A stretch of DNA of 63,069 bases, the filler included, from Folioceros fuciformis (Eukaryota), in NCBI GenBank assembly GCA_049999805.1. It is 5 parts of 4 records of this genome, joined end to end, with 100 filler letters (N's around TTAATTAATTAA, not from the genome) between each part and the next. Parts side by side here need not be neighbours in the genome. Positions count along the whole stretch, not along the records: positions 50,505 to 56,684 come from JBNGIO010004613.1; positions 56,785 to 63,069 come from JBNGIO010004623.1; 3 more parts are not named here. One strand, given 5' to 3'. Positions 51,571 through 63,069 of this stretch are shown piece by piece. The stretch's first letter is position 1, and each line of letters starts with the position of its first letter. A program made the position numbers and the translations under genes. The notes below the pieces were generated by a model, which was not told the origin of the DNA, did no database searches, and worked only from the letters and a program-made list of their open reading frames with translations.

Positions 51571-51929
51571 CCAACTAAGAACCCTAACTCTAACCTACCC
51601 CTACTTCTAATTGCTCATTACCCCTTGACACCGTTAGCTACCCTCTACTCCAAAATCATTAACCCCTCACACCTCACAACTACCACAAATCAGGGGTGCT
51701 TGTCTTTCCCCCTTCTCCTCTTCCAGATGGGATTATCTCCTGCCCTCCGACCATCCTGCATTCTTCAAGAGTCTTCCATCTTTAGGTTCCCCCTCCATTC
51801 TGCCAACATAACCATCACTGGGCTTCTCACCTGCTAGCAGCACACCTGTACTAGACCTTCCACCTAGCGGATGGAAAGCCGAATGCCACTTATGTCATAT
51901 ATCTAGATGGGGTGGTATCNNNNNNNNNN

Positions 51930-54900
51930 TGGTGTCTGGCTCTGATTTGATTGCCTAGTCCGATGTGCGACTACCTGCCCACCTGGATCCGGTCAGCCAG
52001 ACTGACCCTGGCCCCCGCTTGCTTCAGCCTGAACCCAGCTCGCTGGCTCCGAGCCTGGCCTGCTCGCTGGCAACCACACCCAGCCATTCGCCTGCTCCTG
52101 GCTCCAGTCTGGCTCAGCCAACCCACCATTGCACTGCCGATCCGAATCTGGCCCGCTGGCCAGACGCCAGCCCCTAGCCCACCAAACAACCAGGCCTCTC
52201 CGACTGGTCAGCCAACCTGCCTGTTCGGCCTGGCCACCCACCGAATCGGTGTGCCAGCCAACCAGCGAGCCGGCTGCTCCTGCTGCGCTTCGGGCTACCT
52301 GGCTGCTGACGGGCCCGGCTGCCTGCTGCCCCCATCAGGCCTACCTCCACCGCTGCGGGGCTGGATGCATAAACTGCCCAGAGGTCGCAACCCGACCATC
52401 CGCCATACAGACCCGGCAGCCGCTGAGCCGCCTGCCGGCTCCCCGATCCGGCCCCGTCCTCAACCAGCAATCAGCCACCGGCCCTGGCCTCCGGATCCGC
52501 CAGCAGCCAACCAGCCCCACTCGCCACCAGCAGATGGCGGCGCCTAGCTGCAACCCAAATCCATTCGGGACCGCCATTGGATCCGACTCCGGCCTGCTGG
52601 ATCCAGCCCGCAGCCTGCCTGGGTCTGCCCCTAGCAACGCCTACCTACAGCCCGGCCTACCGATTCGGCCAAGCTCCCTGCTACTAGCCACCAACCTTAT
52701 CCTCGCCGGCCAGGATTCGGCCCCGATCCGCTACCGTCAACCCAGCTAGCCGATCAGCTAGGCTTCCCGGCTCCGCCAGTAGCCAGCCTGCTCATCAACA
52801 AGCCCGGCCGCCTACCATGGTTGCCTGGATCCTGCCATCCCGGCCCCATCCAATCTTAGCGATCCGGCCGAGCTTGGATTCACCTGCCAGCCTGCCAGAT
52901 CGGCCCGGCTACCTGGCTGAATTTCCCCTGCAGCTGGTCTACCCGCCGACCAACCTGGCCGCCCGCAGGCCGGCCTGCTCTGCCCGGTCTCAACCAGCCT
53001 ACTTGCCTCCACCGGATCCCGCCCCCCGCCAGTATCCCACCAGCCCGTCACAGCGATTCGGCGCCGGCCGCTTGCCAGCCAACCTGCTGCCGTCCTGGCT
53101 TCCTGGTTCCGCCTGCTTGGCCGGCCAGTGCCCGGATCTGCTTGCCTGGACTCCAGCAGCCGGGCCTCCGCGCTGCTAGGGCGCCTGCCCACCCTCAGCA
53201 GCTGGGCTACTCGCCAGCCGCTGCAAACCGCCTGGCCAGCCTGCTGGATCGCCAGCCGGGTTGCCTGCCTGACCCAGCATCAGCCAGCCCCAGCCAGCCC
53301 GCTTGCCACTACCACGCCGCCTACTGCTGGGCTGGGCTGACCTGCTGCTCCGGCCCTTCAGCAACCTTCCCGAAGTCAACGACCTCCCCGAGTTGTCTAG
53401 CCTTCATATGATCGGGACTGGACAGCCACGATCGGCTGGCCTGGCCGCTGCCGGTCCAGTGCCGCCCGCCTGCCTCCAGCCCAACCAGCACACTCAGGTC
53501 CACCCCGACTAGCCTACTAGCCCGCCTTCCGGATCAGCCAGCCAAGCTGGCTACAGGCCGGCTGATCCTGCTGCGCTCCAGGCTGGCCATCAACTCCCGG
53601 GTCTGGCTAGGCAGTCAGCCCGTGGGTCGCCTGCTTCCTAGATGCCGAGTTGCCGACCACCTAGTTGCCCGCTCCAGGATCAACCAGCCAACCTGCCGCC
53701 GGCCCGATCCATTCCGGTCCCGATTCGGCCAGCCCATCGATTAGACATATGGCCATATCCAACCCACCAATCGATCAACCACCCTAGCGGCTACTGCCAA
53801 CCGCCTGGCAGATTCAGCCAGGCAACTAGCCGGCCAGGCTGGTTGCCTACTGAATCCAGCTGCCCAGAAGCTAGGCTAGCCGGCCTGGTGGCTTGGCTCC
53901 TGCAGCCAGACCAGCGGCTGGCTTCCAGATCCAGCCTCGGCCTGCATTCGGCCCGCTCATCTGGCCTCCAACCCGACTAGCCCGGCCGTTGCATGCACTG
54001 CCAAAATGGCTTGGCTGCCTGCTTGGCCATCTTCAGCTGCAGGCAGACCACAACCTGGCTGATCCCATCCGATCCGCTAGGCCTCCCACCAGATCCACGC
54101 ATGTCTTGGTTTTTGGGCTTGATTCACCACCATCGGCCCGGCCAGCTTGCTCTCGCCTACCAGATATCTGGCCAGACCCGCCAAGCACCTCACTGGTCCC
54201 GTCCAATCATGCCACCTGCCCGGCCGCCTGGACCTGATCGTCACCCGCCTAGCTTGGAGCCGGCCGCTGCTGAGCCAGCCCCCCGCCTACTGCACCCGGC
54301 CACCCTTGCCCTCGTGACCCTTGCCTAGCCGGTGCACCAGGAGCAAGGGCCCGTCGTCCCCGTCCTTTCCCCCAGAGGTTGTCCGATGGGCTTCCACACA
54401 TATCCAGACACCCTAGCCGAGGGGACCTAGACCCGTGGCCTGCTGCTGCCTGGCCGCGCCCGGATGTTGTCACCCCCCCGGCTGATCCACCCCGGCCTCG
54501 TGTCCCGGCCTGCCTCCAGCGCTCGCCATCACCAGTCGGTTCCAAGCCAGCCTGCCCTGTTCACCTGTAGCAACTTGGCTTGCTTTAGATCGGCCACCCA
54601 GGCCAGCGGATCCAGCGCCGCCACTGCCTAGTGGCTTCTCGCCATGGTCTAGCTCTTTCCCCCATGGCGAGCACAGAAAACATGCTGCAACTTTTCGCAA
54701 GAACCATAAAACCGACTGCACCACAGGCAGCCCCGCACCTTCCACCGACCCACGCTGGCTGCCCATTTGTGGCCTACACCGGCCTGGATTGGCCACCGAC
54801 GGCCAGCTCCAAAGTCGCCATGGCCCGGCCTGGTTGTCCCCTCCACAGCAGCCGCCGATCCGGCACCTGCTGTGGTCGGGTCTACCTTCTGCCACAACCG

Positions 54901-55750
54901 TCACTGCCCAGTCTCGCCCTCGGCCCGGATCTGCTCGTCTCCTGGGTCCTCCCCCGTCAAGGAGCTCCCCCGCGCTACTGCCATCGCCGCCTTGCCAGCC
55001 ACCCATGTGTACCAAGGCCACACACCAGCCTTGTTGGCTTCCGGGTCCAGCACCCTGCTCGGCTGCTATGTCTGGACCCGAACGGGACTGCTCACGCCTT
55101 GCCTGGCCACCTAACCCGCCCACTGCTCCAGTAACAGCCCTAGAGGCCTGCAAGCCCGCGGCCATCTTGGGCCAGGCCCCCTTAGATCTGGCCAACCCCT
55201 CGGCCCCGCTCAGCTGCTCGACACACCTTACTCCTGGTTCTCCATCGGTCGGCCCTCTTCGACTTCGCTGGCCTCCAAACTCCGACTAATCCGCCTCCCA
55301 GCGTCGCCTAGCCCAGCTGCATGGCCGCTTGCGCTGGTCTCGAGTCCGCCTTCACCTGGCTGGCCTGCTGCATGGCCCAGTCGAGTCCCATCCATCTTGG
55401 TCCAGCGCCGTCCTCCTGCTGAAACCGATCGCTTCGGCCTGACACGCCACATCTGCCAGCCCTCACCGCTTGGATCCACCAAGATTCGCCTAGCCCAAAT
55501 CCGACGCCACCTCGGTGGATCCACCTAGCCCAAATCCGACACCACCTCTGCTTCTTGCCTGACTGGACCGGGCTAGGTTGCGGCCTAAGCTTCCCAACAG
55601 CCGCCAACCCGGCTGCTTGCTCCCAGGTGCTTGGCCCCAGGCACCTCGATCTCCATCTCCCGCTTCTCCCAACAACATCCAGAGGACCCCAGCTCGCCTT
55701 CAACTACCCATCCTAGGTTTCCTATTCCTCCGTTACCTTACCCTAGGAAC
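51930..55750. other. Very GC-rich, C-skewed low-complexity block; probably non-coding or TE-derived
   Basis: Dense CAGCC, CCTGC, GGCTG and GGATCC words. Many overlapping Pro/Ala-rich ORFs with no recognisable domain. 35-bp duplication at ~55488-55548. Confidence 0.5.
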
Positions 55751-58700
55751 CTGTCCTATCTACCCCACAACCTACCTACCCTATCAACTCACCATAAATT
55801 AATCTCCCAACCTTTCCTCTACAACACTCACTGACAGATCCAGAAAAAAGAAAACCTATCATTTCCCATGGGTCTGTTAGTATGTGGCGCCCATATTAGG
55901 ACAAAAACTTCATGACTAGTCCTAGCTAGTTAGCTAGCACTAGTAACGAAGATGATGTTATTTGCCTTATGCTTGCCATCCTCCTTTAATATACATTGTA
56001 TTTAGCTAACACTAGTAACAAAGATGATCTTGTTTGCCCTATGTGAACCATTGTTCTAGTAGTGTACACTGTGTTTAGTTAGCACTAGCCAAGAAGATGA
56101 TGTTTGAATTATGTTTGTCATTGCCTAATAGTGTACATTGTCTTTACCTAGCATTAGTTGATGAAATAGGTCACTACTATTAGGGCGCTCTTCACTTGGG
56201 CACCTAGAACTTAATGATTTCATGAGGATATTAAGTAGTTTTCTTCAGTTGTGTGAACCTCCAAAGTTTGGGGTAGTAGTTTGTTTTGGTTGAAAAAGGG
56301 TTAATAGTGGTATGGTTTGGTTTTCTTTTTCTACTTCTTTTTCCTAATTTTTCTTTATTTTCTGGTCATTTTTCCTATTTTTCTTTATACTAATTAAGTT
56401 AATTGACTAGAAAATAGGTAGTTTGGTTATTAAACTGGGTACAGGTTTGGTGCCAGACCTGGGAAAGTTTAGGTCCAGTACCAGGCCATAGGGTTGGGAA
56501 AGTTTGAGTCTAGGTCTGGTGATTAGTTTAATATTAATTAAAGATATATAATATTAAATGATTAAATAGAGAATAATATTAAATAATAAAATAATGGCCT
56601 GAACATAGGAACGGGAATGTGTGGGGTATGTCAGTGTCAGGGGTCAGGCTGGCCTGAACGGTCATGGAGGCTGTGCCCTAGCTANNNNNNNNNNNNNNNN
56701 NNNNNNNNNNNNNNNNNNNNNNNNNNNNTTAATTAATTAANNNNNNNNNNNNNNNNNNNNNNNNNNNNNNNNNNNNNNNNNNNNCCATAGGGATCCAGGC
56801 AGCAATCTGCTCATATGCATCACTCTTGTATTTGAGAGGAAAAGTCCACGTAGACCTCGAGAAATCATCTGTCAAAGTCAGGTAGTATTCTGCTCCACCT
56901 AACAACTTGACTTGGATCTTCCCAACGATATCAGCATGGATAAGTTCAAGTAAGGCCTTAGCACGATTTGGTGCTTTATTTTTGAAGGGCAACTCTTTCT
57001 GCTTGGACAGAATGCAAGAGCTGCAGGCCTCTAGAAGCTTGAAACATGAAGGTAATTTTTCCCTATACAAATCTGAATTAGCCATGACATTTAGCTTAAA
57101 CTTGTTAACATGTCCTAATCTAGCGTGCCAAACATTAGCTAGTACATGAGACGCAACAACTAGAGCCCTAGCCTTCGACTTAGAGACTGTAACAAGCTGA
57201 TACAGGTCATTCACAAGTATGGCCTTGGCAAAATAGTCATGAGGACGATCTAGCTCATAAATGTAGCACTTACTGTCCTCAAAACGGAAACCATACCTCT
57301 GACTTTGTGCAACAACCCTAATACTCAACAGGTTCTTGCTCATTTCAGGTACAAGTAGCACATCTTCTAAATGCAAGGACGCCCCGCCAAGCAAAGGTAT
57401 CACTACCCTTCCACAGCCCTTGACTTCTACCCCTCTAGAGTCACCAACAAAGACAGATTGGGGTGTCCTCAGTTTATGAAAGGTGGAGAAGAGCAAACGG
57501 TTGTTGCAAACGTGCGCTGTGGCACCTGAATCAACAAACCAAGAAGATGGATTTTCCCTGTAAGAAGTCAAGCAAACTGTTAGCACAGAACTGCTGCTCT
57601 TGTGTTTTTGTTGGGTTGTCTTCTCATTAGAAGTGACATGTGCCTCAGGTTTGCTATCCTTCTTGGCTTCACCAGCTCTCTTTTTGCGACAGTCACGTTC
57701 CCAGTGACCTGGGACTTTGCACCAGTTACAATTACCCTGTCTTTTTGGTGTGGCAGTGGCAGAGGTCGAGGATTGCCAATTCTGAGGTGAGTTCCCCTTC
57801 TTTCCTTTCCCCTTCCAAGGTCCTTTGCCTTTTGTAGCAAAGAGAACCTTTTCACCACGCATTCGATTGCCACCAAATTTATGTCGGCTTTGCTCCTCTT
57901 GCAGAAGCGCGCCTATGACCTCATTCAAGTCCAAGTTTGTAGGCTGTCCACTTGCTGCTGCTTGATAGGCAGCCCGCAAAGAAGCATTTTGGCCGGAGAT
58001 AAAAGTCTGGTAGGAGGGAGGCAAGCCGGTCAGCAGTTGAGCAACCATTTCCACATCAGTCGTCTTGGCTCCCATCGCGGACAGCTGTGCCCGGAGGTAC
58101 CTCAACTTTGTGACATAGGCCCCAATAGGATCCCCTTCCTTCATCCTTAGACTATGAAATTGTTCTCGAACATGAATCAAGGTACAAACATTCTTAACTT
58201 GGTAAGTATCCACTAACTGGTTCCAGATAGCTGCTGCTGTCTCTAGAAAATCCACTTCTGTAACAGTTGCCTCGTCTAGACCACTAAGGATGATAGCAAA
58301 TGCCACCTTGTTTCCTTTTGTCCACTTGGCTTTGTCATTAGCTGTGGGTTGTTGAAGTGCAGTGGACGGGACAGTAAAAGGATTGGGGATTGTGCCATCT
58401 ACAAACTCCCAAACGTCGCGGGCGTTTAAGTTTGCTTTCATTCGAGCCTTCCAGCTCTCGAATCTAGCAGGCTTCCCGTCAAATTTGTCCTTTTCTTTGA
58501 ATTCACCAGAGTAAGTAGACCCAGCTACAACAATTCCCATGGTTAATGAAGTTACTGACTGTAGGACTGGTGGGGGTTGGTTCTGTAGAAATGCAGGCAA
58601 AATGAAGGATGGAAAGTGGGATGCAAGGGACTGCAAGAAGTCCTCCTCTACATCTGAAGACTCATCAAAATCGCTATCAGAAGTGTCCCAAAAAGGCATG

Positions 58701-59096
58701 AAGAGGTAAGGAAAATGCTCAAGTAACGTTTCATTAGGGTGACACCCGTTCTCTAAATTACTCAGCTAGTCTTTGTAACCCGGTACAGAATGAGTTAGAC
58801 GTCTCTTCAGGATAGCTATCAGAAATTCTGCTAGGTGATTGATGCCTAGCTCTGTGGTTGCAGAAATGCTCAACAGCCCGGTGGGGACGGTTGAAATTCT
58901 TACGAGTCATATCGACAAGATTTCCTAACGTCTTTTAATAGCATCATTTGTTAGAAGCTCAGGCATTCTCCAGAATCAAATAACCTAGGGACACGCATGC
59001 AGGGCCTACAATCCATCATGCACACAACGTAGCCTACTCTATCTTATGTGCATAATGCGATCTAGAGGCTCAGCATTGCAACACTAGATTGTATTT

Positions 59097-59109
59097 AGCT
59101 CTGATACCA
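59097..59109 (-). promoter_or_regulatory. Primer-binding site for initiator tRNA-Met
   Basis: Minus strand TGGTATCAGAGCT directly after the LTR-terminal CA. Confidence 0.92.
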
Positions 59110-59291
59110 TGTAAATAAATAAGCGGAAGCTATTCTACTTTGAACATACAAGTGCACAAAAATGATAAATTAAATCAAAGGCAATGTGTGTTTATATACA
59201 AAATTATCTGTGTAACCCTAAGTTACGAAAAGGTATATTACCCTAAACTATTTAACCCAAGGGCGGGGTAAAAAGTCCCTATTTACTAACA
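59110..59291 (-). repeat. 5' LTR (~182 bp) of the copia element
   Basis: Minus strand TGTTAGTAAAT...ATTTATTTACA (imperfect terminal inverted repeat) with an internal TATATAA. Confidence 0.8.
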
Positions 59292-59293
59292 AA

Positions 59294-59707
59294 ATGAGGT
59301 CCACATCAAGTTATGTCTTCATGTGCACTAGAGGGGCAATCTCATGGCGATCTCGTTTGCAATCGTGCATAACGCTATCTACCACAGAGGCTGAGTATGT
59401 TGCAGCGACTGAGGCATGCAAGGAAGCCATGTGGCTTGCTCGTTTAGTGGGAGACTTGGGGATCAAGGTTGCGCTGCCAGTATTGCATTGTGATAGCTAG
59501 AGTGGTATCCAATTGGCGAAGAATCCAGTGTTTCATGAGAAGACCAAACATGTGGAAGTGAAGTATCACTTCATTCGAGAGGTGTTGGAAGATAAGAGGG
59601 TGTAGCTGGTCAAAGTTCACACTAGTCAGAACCCTACAAATATTCTTACCAAGGGGCTCTCTATGGACTAGTTCGCACAAGCTCGGACACTTATGGGCAT
59701 GAGGTAG
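59294..59707 (+). pseudogene. Degenerate copia RNase H remnant from an older element
   Basis: RSTSSYVF...AISWRSRLQ..ITLSTTEAEYVA...LHCDS*SGIQLAKNPVFHEKTKHVEVKYHFIRE...NILTKGL, with in-frame TAG stops. Confidence 0.93.
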
Positions 59708-62257
59708 ACCACTCTCCTATGAAGTAAATTGGGAGGTTATAAGGTTATTAAAACCCAATGTGCTTAGACTAATGTGTTTAGTCTAAGATTAGTGTCTAGT
59801 TAAGTATCATTTGTTTAGATTAACTTAAGCTAATCTTTAGGAAGCTTCTTGTGCGGTTCTTGTGAAGCTTAGAATGATTAGGTTAGCAACAATCTATGGA
59901 ATATCGATACCGTCATGCCATCTTTAACACAAAGTTTTGCACAACGATATACAGTCCAAACTTTTGGACGTCACAAATCTGCCCCCTTCAATCATAGGGC
60001 ATCATCTAGGCGTCCTGATAGGGACAAACCTCAAGGTGTCATAACGTATTCTCCCTCACACATTCGAATCAGTCTCTCAGCCACAATCATTCACTTTCTT
60101 TTTTGTTAGCCTAAGTTTGCGCTTCAACACCCATCCTCCAAATGCGAGGTTCACAACGGACGTCGCCATTCAGCCTTGTGTGCACATGTCTCCCTCACCT
60201 CCATGCATACCCCTAGTCGGCCTCGGGTTTATTTTCGAGTATTTGCCACTCCACTCCTCAACCTGCTGAAGAGGATGTCCCTTCCGCGCCTTCTTTGCTA
60301 TGCAATTAGGTGGAGGTGAAGAGGACAAGGGGGCAAACAAACGTAAAGAGGTTTGCACAACCTTAGTGGGAAATGAAATGCCCACCTTTATTTCACAGCC
60401 CATGAGGGCAAGGCAAAGCTATATAGGGTCTCATCCCACAACACACATGCCCCTAAGGCACTAGACAGATCCCCCCCCTTACTGCAAAGAGCGAAGGAGG
60501 CAAATGCCTGTCCCCATCCATGGAGTGGCCTCCTCTTGTGTCCAAGCATGTAGGTAGGCATCCAAGGGCTCCATTCTGCTTTTGCACTCCCTGCACAATG
60601 TGGTCAAGGCCAAGTGCAAGCGGTACATGTCAGGCAGATAGTCCATACCCTCTAGGCCTTTCACATAGGTGTTGTCGCAGGCGACTTGCATTGCTTGCAA
60701 AAGCACAGAAGGGGGTGTGGGTAATAATTACCACCACCTATAATTAGCACAACGCACAACAAGCTACTATAATGTGGAGGGTAGGGTTGCTTTCAAGGTG
60801 CAATGCCAAAAGGCAATTGTAGACTGCAAGCCCAAACGCCACTGCAATATGCTGCTTGGCCAAGGCCACCCATAACAACAACCTGCAATACACACTACAT
60901 GCGCGAACGACAAGCAGAGCTCTACCCACACTGTGCAGCCACAAATTGCATCGTAAGTCTGCAGTTACAATCACTACACTCAAACTATACCTACAATGTT
61001 GCACCGCAAATTGCCACTACAACTCTATTTACGAAGCACACTCTCCAAGTACTCATTACTTGGCCATGTCCACATCCAATCTGCAAGTGCAAGGTGCATT
61101 TGCAAGCACCCCTTATAGTTACCAATAACCATCACGAAATGAAAGCTGAAACCACATTTCCCAGCCACATGTAACACCTACAAAGTTTAGGTCTCAAATC
61201 TGCTGCCATAATTTGAAAGACGACATGTGCAATAACCCTCTCCTGACCGTTGGTTTGAAAGATGTTTTTGTATGGGTATGTGTTTTGATTGATTAAGTGT
61301 TTAAGTACTGTCGAGGCAAGGCCTTTTATACTCAAAATGTCCTACGCCTATCGTAGTGTGGAGTGAGATCTTGTGTCCGGAGACACTGTGAGGTCCACAT
61401 TCACCCTCTATGTCATTGTAGTCGTATGATTCGCTCCCAAGGGAATGATTTGTGCTAAGTAACGCTAACTTCTACCAGTACTGACCCTTACCTAAGTCAA
61501 GACTCATCTACTACCGCCCCTACTACCTACCAGCTCAACTACTACTACCCCCAGTTAGCCTAGCTACCGCGGACCCTACTCTACAACTCCGATTCCCACT
61601 CTATGACCACGGTCGCTATTTCCACGATCATGGTGGGTCCCACCCAAAACCCTAACTAATATTTTTATGGCGCATGTGCCGCCGCGGGTTTCCACCACAG
61701 GTTTTTGCCCAGAGCTTCTAGACTCACACATCTGGCTTATTGGATGCTCTCCACACATGCAACTGCCAATCCTTGGGCAACAAGATCCCACGAATCAGCC
61801 ACACTCCTTCATACACACATGCAAGACACACATGAGCTCTGGTTCACACTTGTTTCTCACAAGCTGATTCCAAATGTCTCTAATCTTCCAACAATGTCCA
61901 CAAATCTCCAGCAATCCTCCAGCAATCTCTAAAAATCTTCAACAATCTTCCACAAACGCCTAGAAATCTCTCAGAAATATTCCATAAATCATCTCCAATC
62001 TCCAACAATCTTTCAGCAAACGTCTCAAATTTCTTAGCAATTTCATATAGTTTTCTAATTAGTTCAGTTAGTTCCTCTCACTCTCAATCACCCACTTCTC
62101 ACCTCGCATTGCGTTCAATGATCAACCACACTTCTTCTCTCTTGCCTCACACCTCGCATCACGTTCAGTGCTTGGTCACACTTCTCTCCTTCTCTTCTTA
62201 ACTCACTCACACATTCTCTTCACCCACATCTCCAATCTTCGTCTTCACACACACACT

Positions 62258-62763
62258 TCCACACCCTGAATTTCGGAACACAACTAGCAGTTGAGGGAAT
62301 AGGGGAAGGAGAAACTTTTGGATGACATAACAGCGTTACGAGCAAGCTACAAACCCGCCCCACGTCTAATTCTTCCTTGTCAACAAAACTTGTTCATTTG
62401 TCCCCCTCACCACCAGCCTCGAAGCAACACTCTCAACCACCTCTAGGAGCTTCTCGCACACACTACCCACCGAGGCAGCGCGAGGATCTCAACCGGGAAG
62501 TTGTCTCACACACTCCAAATTTTGGAACACAGCCAGCAGTTCAGGGAATAAGGGAAGGAGAAGCTTCTGGACCACACAGTAGCGTTATAGACACATAGAC
62601 CCGGCTTGCGCCAATCCTTCAGCTCTTCTCCTATTGTCAGCAAAACTTGCTCATGCGTCCCTCTCACCACCAGCCACGGAGCAACGCTCTCGACCACCTC
62701 TAGTAGCTTCTCGCACACACTACCCACCCAGGCAGTGCGGGGATCTCAACTGCGAAGTTGTCT
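62258..62763. repeat. Diverged tandem duplication, ~250-bp unit x2
   Basis: GGAACACA..AGCAGTT.AGGGAATA.GGGAAGGAGAA...AGCTTCTCGCACACACTACCCACC...GGATCTCAAC...GAAGTTGTCT at ~62270-62505 and ~62520-62763. Confidence 0.9.
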
Positions 62764-63069
62764 AATTAAAGAAGCACCAACAGGCCTATTGTAGAGAAAA
62801 GGGTATTTGCGAACCCCCTTCTTGAGTGACAAATCTGGTGGACTTTGATTTTTCTTGTGAAGTGAAAGAGAAAGAGGCTTAGATTGAGAATAAAATAGGG
62901 GTATATATACATAAGACCTCCTTGGACCATAAGTAACCCTCCAAGGAGGTCTCCAAGACCCTTCGAAGTAGATCAGTAGCCGGACTAGGTGTCTGGAGTA
63001 GTTGGTTGGTCCTTGGGTCTTGGTAGTGGAATGGGCACTAGGGAGCCTATATATGTAGACCTCCCCCTG

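Larger units (their letters stand above)
56785..59291 (-). mobile_element. Ty1/copia LTR retrotransposon, 5' half (LTR, PBS, gag, protease, start of integrase); rest lost in gap
   Basis: Open ORF from 58699 to the gap: KFDG..FESWK, zinc knuckle CNWCKVPGHWERDC, protease WFVDSGATAH, WHARLGH...CSSC and integrase LIHADIVG...DDFSR. Confidence 0.96.

Noticed and set aside
51951..55703. Many Pro/Ala/Gly-rich ORFs of 100-240 aa
   Set aside because: Expected by chance at this GC content; no motifs or consistent frame.

Overview
Eukaryotic, intron-rich land-plant nuclear DNA with compact genes and ~70-180 nt introns. This fits a small-genome non-seed plant such as a hornwort, but that assignment is inference only. 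The gene-dense part (0.2-46.3 kb) holds UPF2 (apparent 1-nt frameshift), an At1g01500-like gene, a CD2BP2/Lin1-like U5 snRNP factor and an orphan gene with a degenerate RhoGAP-like C-terminus. It also holds a SPARK-ectodomain URK-2 (ARK/SPARK1-type) receptor kinase, an LRR-VII-type pseudokinase, CSI1/POM2, an EAR-motif C2H2 zinc finger, ELP4 (with an AT-AC U12 intron) and a divergent DUR3-like transporter. The last ~15 kb is repeat/TE-derived: a CRE-like non-LTR retrotransposon fragment preceded by telomere-motif repeats, a 22-bp palindromic satellite, a 4-kb GC-rich block, and a Ty1/copia element nested in an older copia. Four 100-nt gaps carry an artificial TTAATTAATTAA linker, so adjacency across them is unproven. 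No rRNA, tRNA or CRISPR array was recognised. All family assignments come from motif recognition by eye, not database searches.
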